This document shows, piece after piece, positions 37,007 through 43,082 of a stretch of 43,082 bases of DNA. Position 1 is the stretch's first letter; each line of letters opens with the position of its first letter. Origin of the DNA: Hydrurus foetidus. Its lineage: Eukaryota. A program made the position numbers and the translations under genes. The notes below the pieces were generated by a model. It made no database searches. It saw only the letters and a list, made by a program, of their open reading frames with translations, and was not told the origin of the DNA. The stretch is taken from the NCBI GenBank assembly GCA_900617105.1, contig UYFQ01000317.1, positions 1 through 43,082 of the forward strand, in the 5' to 3' direction.

Positions 37007-37742
37007 TAGCAGACGCAACACCTCATCCTGTAGAACTGCAAGACCCTCTACTGATGATGATTCTCTTTGTATTAGTAGTTCTCTATCATCGCACTCTATG
37101 TTTGCTTGAATATTATTGAATTCCTTTCTTTGTAATACTATTTGAGGTAATGATAATCTATTAATTTGTAGCCTCTTTGAGAGTAGTCTTTGAGATATTT
37201 TGTTCACCGGAATAAGAGCTTCTAGCACTCGCTGCCGCACGTAACTGTTAGCTGTAAAATTGGTTCCTCCAGCAGCAGTGAGGGACAACGCTCCGATGAA
37301 ATCGACAGCACTATTGACAATTTGAGTGTCCATACTCTCTGTCGTACTTCTACCAGCAGGGTCAAGTTGAAAGACAGTTCTCAACCTCCCAAAGAGATGC
37401 TCCAGGAACTGCGACATTCGCTCTTTCCCCCATCTCAGGTTGCGGTCGGGAATGCCTGATGTGCCAACAGATGTTGCAATCGCATCTGTTATCATAGCTT
37501 TCATCTCTTCAACGACGGGCTTGGCAACCTCGTAAAGACGACTTCGATGAAAAAGCTCATCATTTACGACAAAAGCCGCTGGCACGTCATCCTCAGCGAT
37601 GATGTCCATCCTATTGACATGATTATCGGCCAAAACATCGACTACGAATTCGTTATTCACATGCGCCGGTGTGATAATTGCAGATTGTAGGACCGAGGGT
37701 TTGATTCCTCTAGCTCTCCTATGGTGCTTAAATCGAGGCATC
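37000..37742 (-). pseudogene. Truncated ORF of unknown function (possibly transposon protein N-terminus) fused to the 171-bp array
   Basis: MPRFKHHRRARGIK... ~245 codons open, possible HTH-like ISQRLLSKRLQINRLSL; runs into the repeat near 37006. Confidence 0.45.
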
Positions 37743-38447
37743 TTGAGGTACAAAAAGGTTTTCAACCACTAGGATTCATGCAGAAAACTTTCTTCATGTC
37801 TCATGCCAAATTTCAAGCTGAACAAAAGTTACCCATCTAATCAAGTCTATCTTGCAATCTACTGCTCCATTACTTCGACCAAAATGAAGACCAAATTTTG
37901 AAAATTCAAATTTTTGAAAAATATTATATAACTTATAATAGCAATACAAATTCAGAGCGATTCCCGTGATTTTCATCGCATTTCGTTCCAAATTGTACGA
38001 GATCTGTGTTCCTGAAGTATCCGGACGACCTTGGGCTGGGGGTGGATGCGCTGACCGTGCAAAAGGTCCGTGTGACTAGTTTTGAATTTTTGGGATCGAA
38101 GAAACATTGAGGACTGTTCCTTGAACGGGATTCCGGGAATCCGTGGAACTATTCTTTGGTCTCAACCGATTCACTGATCCCAGATCCAGTGAATTTGGTG
38201 GAGTGAGCCAAGTCTTGAATATTGTGGGGGGGCTCGTATCTACGTGCCTTGTGGGGGATAAAGCCCCAACCTGTTAATTTCGTAGGGGGCAACCTCATGT
38301 TTGTCTCATACAGTTATTGATGGGTCCGTAGGGATTTATAGATGGTCTCCGGGTGCCCCTTGGCTGTTTAGAAAGGAAATTATTGTTGTATGATTATATT
38401 TCTTCTTAAATTTGTAATTTCATTAAACTTCAAATACTTAATTTCCT

Positions 38448-38804
38448 GTACACTTTGCGCTGCAGACTACAATGCACTATACATATTCTCTGTGACGATG
38501 TCGCAAGGTGTAACGTACGTTTATTGGATTACGTCATTTCAATTATCACCATTCGTCTATTTAGATGAATGGAGCAAACGTATGGTAAGTATAATTCGAC
38601 GTCATCGTAACTCGCAGAGAGTAATCGTTAGTCTAGTGTCAGTTACACTTTTGTGCTGCAGACTCCATTGCCTTATATATTGCATCCGACAATGTCGCAC
38701 GGTCTAACGTAGGTGTATTGGATTACGTCATTTCATTTTTCACCATTCGCCTATTTAGACGAATGGCACATACGTATGGTTGATATTTATCGACGTCATT
38801 GTCA
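38448..38804. repeat. Diverged tandem duplication, ~195-bp period
   Basis: TACACTTT..CTGCAGACT..ATGTCGCA..TATTGGATTACGTCATTTCA..TCACCATTCG.CTATTTAGA.GAATGG..CGTATGGT..TCGACGTCAT at ~38448 and ~38644. Confidence 0.85.
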
Positions 38805-38857
38805 GTTAGAGGATCAGTTACAAAAATAATAGTAATTACTTCGTGTATTTCACCAAA

Positions 38858-39002
38858 TCCACATTAGACCCCCGATCGTTGGGATTCCCTAAAATTAGAC
38901 TCCCTAGACCCCTGGATCACTAAATCACATTAGACCCCCCGGATCGTCGAATCCACATTAGACCCCCCGGATCGTCAAGACCCCCCAAAATTAGACCCCC
39001 TA
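38858..39002. repeat. Cluster of short ATTAGACCCCC(C)GGATCG repeats, probably subterminal repeats of a TE
   Basis: About five ATTAGAC(C/T)CCC motifs; two near-identical CACATTAGACCCCCCGGATCGTC copies. Confidence 0.75.
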
Positions 39003-39982
39003 AACCATTCTCGGACTGCGAGAACACGGTCAAATCCCTGCAAATCTAGAGTCATATAAAATGACATTTGTTATATAGAGGTGGAACCACCATTAGGTTT
39101 ATCCCCCAATTCTTTCTCGTTTTCTTTATCCTTTTAATATTGGGGATGGGTCCCTCCGTGGGAGGTACCAGGTGGGGGATAAATAAAGAATTCTGGAGGA
39201 ATTGGAATGTCCAGTGCCCAGTGCCCAGTGCCCGGCAATAATCAGGCCACGGACAATAATCAGGCCACTCGTTTTTTCATAATATTTCAGTCAATATTGA
39301 TCCGAGAAGGGATTCAGAAAGCTTATGCAATGTTACACATTATGCTATTCCTAAACTTTACTGTAGACTTTTGTACTAATTTGCATATTTAATACCAAAA
39401 AACACCAATTAATAGAGATAAACACATGATTCCCCATGAAATATTTCATAAATGTAAATATCTAAATTGTAAATGTAGATTGAATACACTCGTTGAAGCT
39501 GCAAGAGTCCATTTTTCTGAAATAAACTTGGTCATTTTTCGTTGATTTTTATCCTTTTTTTGCATTTTTTAAAATGGTTTTCGCAAAAAAAATCTTTTCT
39601 TGTCGTTGCTAAAAGTGCAACGAATCAATTATCTGCATCTATTTTTACCTTCATGGGAGACAATTACGCGTTTTATTTTATATTTGGTATTAAATATGCA
39701 AGTCAGTACAAAAGTCCACAATAATTTTTAGGAATTCGAATACCGTCTAGTCCCATATGTTTGGTAATAGGCCATTTGACCACACTCAAAATCACACCAA
39801 AAAAACTATCTTCATCAATATTCAGAATCATGAGGAGTTAGCTATCAATTCAAATTCAACACAAATTTAATGTAAAAAACATATAATTTTCTTTGATAGC
39901 ATCTTTCTACCATACTGCAGTAATCGACAAGATGTTATCGAAGAAAATTAGATGTTTTTTACATTATTGGAGGACCACGATC

Positions 39983-40636
39983 GGCGACTCCTGTCAATAC
40001 GCTTCCATCGAGGCGAAGTTCAAAGTTGTCTGATACGTTGTCGCTTGATGAACCGTCGGTTATATGCGTTCCAGGTAAGACTTTACTATATGATTGAAGC
40101 CGTCAATTCTTCTACCAATGGCTTCATACAGCGACCACGTACCGAAACGTAGGAAATACGACGCAGGCGACGCCTGTCAATATGCTTTCATCGAGGCGAA
40201 GTTCAAAGTTGTCTGATACGTTGTCGCTTGATGAACCGTCGGTTATATGCGTTCCAGGTAAGACTTTACTACATGACGTCAGTTAATAAATGGAAGTTAT
40301 GTTATTATCGTCACTTATTGAAGCCGTCTGATTTGGCAATGGCTTCATGCAGCGATGGACGAACAAAATACGATGCCGACAACGCCTATGAAAATGCTGT
40401 CACCAACACGAACATCAAAGTCGTCCAAAATATTGTCACATGACAAACGACATCCAAGTAAGAATTTACTGCATGACGTCAATTAATTAAAGTATATTAC
40501 ATAATCGTCATCAATGATTGAAACCGTCAATTCTACCAATGGCTTCATGCAGCGATACCAACGACACCTGTCAATATGCTATCATCAAGACGAAGATCAA
40601 GGTTGTCTGAATCGTTGGCACACAAACCTATACGCG
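39983..40636. repeat. Four diverged ~180-210-bp tandem units, the last interrupted by the LTR retrotransposon
   Basis: Units 1 and 2 share ~110 near-identical bp (39983 and 40166, period 183); more diverged units at ~40375 and ~40560. Confidence 0.8.
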
Positions 40637-40996
40637 TGTAGCCTTATGCATCCCTATGTGGATACAATGTGTCTAGGTATACTAGGTACAATAGGCTCAT
40701 TACGCCCAGATTCCAGTTTAGGTCTTAGTTCCGTATATGACGTGAGTGCTCTAGCGTACACATCACCTTCATCTACAACTGTAAGATATTAACACAAGTC
40801 TTTATCCACTCGACTCCGCTTCCGCTTGTCCACGCCTTCCGTCCTTTGCCCCTTCCAACTTCACCTTCCGTCCTAGGCCCCGCCGTCAGACCACAATATC
40901 GATATCGGTCAATACCGAAGTTTCCTCCGAGAAAGTTTTTCTCTTTTCCGACTTTTTGTCTTCGACTCCTCCAACTTAAACCATCACGTCAAAGTT

Positions 40997-42556
40997 ATGG
41001 CTCTACGCCGCCAAGACAAAAAGACATCCTCCATCAACGCCCTTCGGCGAAAGCAGCAACCTCGTGCTGTAGCCGTCGCGTTCCGACAACGCTATGACGA
41101 CCATCACAATCGTAGTGGAGACGCAGAGTCTCCTGGGCCACCTGCGGCTCAGGACCCCGCCGGCGACCTGTCTGCACCGATTCCTCAGCGGAATTCGGAG
41201 CCTGCGGTCATGTCTGTGGTTGATATTCCTGTCATTTCGGCGTTATCTGCTTTGTCATTGCAACCAGCTCCGGCTGCGACACCAGCTTCGGCTGCGATAC
41301 CAGCTTCGGCTGCGATACCAGATTCAACTGCGACACCAGCTATTGCTGAGAATCCTATTCCAAGGACGATGGCACCACCCCAGCAATATGTGCAGACGGG
41401 TGAGAGAGCTCCTAAGTTGAGCGCCGTGCCCTCTCGTCAGGAAGTACTACGGGTAATGGAGGTCCTCCTTTCAAATGGAACTCCATTTAAACCAGTTGAT
41501 GTAATCCATGTTTCCAACCATCAATCGTTTACAACGCTTCTCAAGCGTAAGTTTGCAACTGATCCCGATCGTCGCGACTCCTGTAACAATTGGAAACATT
41601 GGTCGAATCAATTGTTCTGTAGAGAACTCAATCTCACAGTTCCTACATCAGCTGTCAATCGAACTGACAAGCTGAGTTTCATTGAAACTGTCTCTCAGGT
41701 CGCACTTCAATTCGACCTGAAGGATAAATCAGTGGAAGACAAGACAGATCAGCTTTTAGCTGATATTGTCGATGGATTCCCTGATGCAACACCCGCTCTC
41801 CAACTTCAGGCAACCAAAATTCTAATCGATAAGTTGCCTGTCGAACCTATCAATTGGAGAGCAGTGTTACAGCGTAGTCTTAACAATACAACGCCAAGAC
41901 TCATTACAATCGAAGACTTTCGATTCGTATGGCTTGCGCAGCTTGCTAAGCTACGAGAATCAATTGATGCCTTACGGTTCATTGATGTCTCTCCTTTGTA
42001 TGGTGATCACTCTCGCCAAATCAAAGCTCCTCCTCGTTCCTCTCAGGACAAAATCAAAAAACGTCCACGAGAGAGCGAACAATCAGTGCAATCAGACAAG
42101 TCTGACAAATTCGAAAGACCTCTGTGCACAGGTTGTGGGAGACTTGGCCATTTCGTCGCCACGTGTTTCTACACTACGTCTCCGTACTATAACAGTACAG
42201 ACGCACCCTATATCAACTCTGAGGGTCATAAGCAGTTGTTGAAAGTCGATTCAAAGGCTAAGTTTATTCCAACTTTACCTAAGACATCGACCTCTTCTTC
42301 ATCGTCTTCCTCTTCTTCTTCCTCTTCGTCAAAACCTGCTACTTCAACAGCAGACTCGACAAACGCTGCGAAGAAACACAAAGGTGAGCAACTATGCAAC
42401 CTAAATTCATCATCTATTCTTTCCGATGATCCAGAACTTATTCCTTTCTTCGTATCTCCCCTCTCACAGGAGGTTATGCTGGAAAAAGTAATAGAGTCTT
42501 TACTCTCCTGGACACCGGCTCTTTTGCTGGCAACTTTATACATCGCCGCATTATAA
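40997..42556 (+). CDS. Gag polyprotein with CCHC zinc knuckle (519 aa if unspliced)
   Basis: CTGCGRLGHFVATC knuckle, Ser-rich tract, immediately upstream of the protease. Confidence 0.8.
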   Translation: MALRRQDKKTSSINALRRKQQPRAVAVAFRQRYDDHHNRSGDAESPGPPAAQDPAGDLSAPIPQRNSEPAVMSVVDIPVISALSALSLQPAPAATPASAAIPASAAIPDSTATPAIAENPIPRTMAPPQQYVQTGERAPKLSAVPSRQEVLRVMEVLLSNGTPFKPVDVIHVSNHQSFTTLLKRKFATDPDRRDSCNNWKHWSNQLFCRELNLTVPTSAVNRTDKLSFIETVSQVALQFDLKDKSVEDKTDQLLADIVDGFPDATPALQLQATKILIDKLPVEPINWRAVLQRSLNNTTPRLITIEDFRFVWLAQLAKLRESIDALRFIDVSPLYGDHSRQIKAPPRSSQDKIKKRPRESEQSVQSDKSDKFERPLCTGCGRLGHFVATCFYTTSPYYNSTDAPYINSEGHKQLLKVDSKAKFIPTLPKTSTSSSSSSSSSSSSSKPATSTADSTNAAKKHKGEQLCNLNSSSILSDDPELIPFFVSPLSQEVMLEKVIESLLSWTPALLLATLYIAAL

Positions 42557-43082
42557 CTAATCATAATTTCACACAATTCGTTTCTAACTCTTCAAAGAAA
42601 TTGTGTAAAGTTTGTAGTGGATTAGATAATCATTGTTATGATATTTCTGACACTATAGACTTAACTCTTTCTTATTTTTGCCCTGATTTAAATAATTATT
42701 ATACTTTTCAAATCACGGCTTATGTTTTAGACGATTCGAAATTTGATCTAATAGTGGGACGAAAAACAATTCGCGAATTGAATTTGTTTTCACGATTCCC
42801 CGATCAGATATCTGCCAATGCTTCATCAAGCACTACCTCATTAGCGGAAGTTTTATCTTCTGAACAAGTGGATATAACGTGTGGCTGTCAGCCTAAGGAG
42901 AATTTGCTACCCTCCGACGGCTCCCCAAAGGTCGATCCTTTAACCCAAAAGGTGAAACCGACAGTCACCCAAACACACGTTATTCTAGCTTCACTAATAC
43001 AAGAGTCTGAAAGACTTTTTGAGGCTGTGCCCCCTGATGAGGACGAAATCGACGACTCGATCAAGGACTCGTTTTCACCTTT
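42470..43082 (+). CDS. Pol N-terminus (aspartic protease), partial; -1 frame relative to gag, absent from the ORF track
   Basis: GYAGKSNRVFTLLDTGSFAGNFI...VCSGLDNHCY...DSKFDLIVGRKTIR; no stop to 43082 and no in-frame ATG before the catalytic Asp. Confidence 0.85.

Larger units (their letters stand above)
36107..38069. mobile_element. Possible internally rearranged DNA transposon bounded by 27-bp imperfect inverted repeats
   Basis: GGACCCTTTGCATGATCAGCGCATCCA (36107-36133) versus the reverse complement of 38043-38069, 3 mismatches. True termini and TSD not resolved. Confidence 0.5.
40637..43082 (+). mobile_element. Ty3/Gypsy-like LTR retrotransposon, 5' part, apparently intact; runs off the window
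   Basis: Putative LTR TGTAGCC (40637) to TGTAAGATATTAACA (~40794), leader, gag with CCHC knuckle, protease frame open to the window end. RT and integrase not visible. Confidence 0.8.

Noticed and set aside
39983..40636. Ankyrin-repeat gene (CQYA..KVV-like peptides)
   Set aside because: Every unit has stops in that frame and the ankyrin consensus is not met.
1..43082. tRNA or rRNA genes
   Set aside because: No cloverleaf or rRNA-like sequence recognised by eye; tRNAscan-SE or Infernal would be needed to exclude them formally.

Overview
Eukaryotic genomic DNA with many GT-AG spliceosomal introns. A stramenopile-like protist is plausible but cannot be proven from this window. A gene-rich core (14.3-36 kb) sits between two transposon-dense flanks. 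The core holds a multi-PH/PDZ protein, a single-chain SbcD/Mre11-SbcC/Rad50 fusion gene, and a Pro/Ser/Thr-repeat type I membrane protein. The left flank holds a decayed Ty3/Gypsy-like gag-protease element that appears to carry a second LTR element, a pogo-like DDE pseudogene, and a 6.7-kb composite of two PIF/Harbinger elements. In that composite an intact element with TTA target-site duplication (TSD) sits inside the terminal inverted repeat (TIR) of a decayed one, and a ~570-bp near-perfect direct duplication brackets the whole. The right flank holds a 171-bp tandem array within inverted repeats, diverged repeat blocks, and the 5' part of an apparently intact, related Ty3/Gypsy-like element. 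The most unusual signals are: (1) an intron-like segment at the gag/protease junction of both retroelements whose removal puts gag and pol in frame; (2) a covarying palindromic stem-loop in the retroelement leaders; (3) the nested Harbinger composite with its 570-bp duplication; (4) the possibly organelle-targeted Mre11-Rad50 fusion. All calls come from manual reading; no database searches were run.
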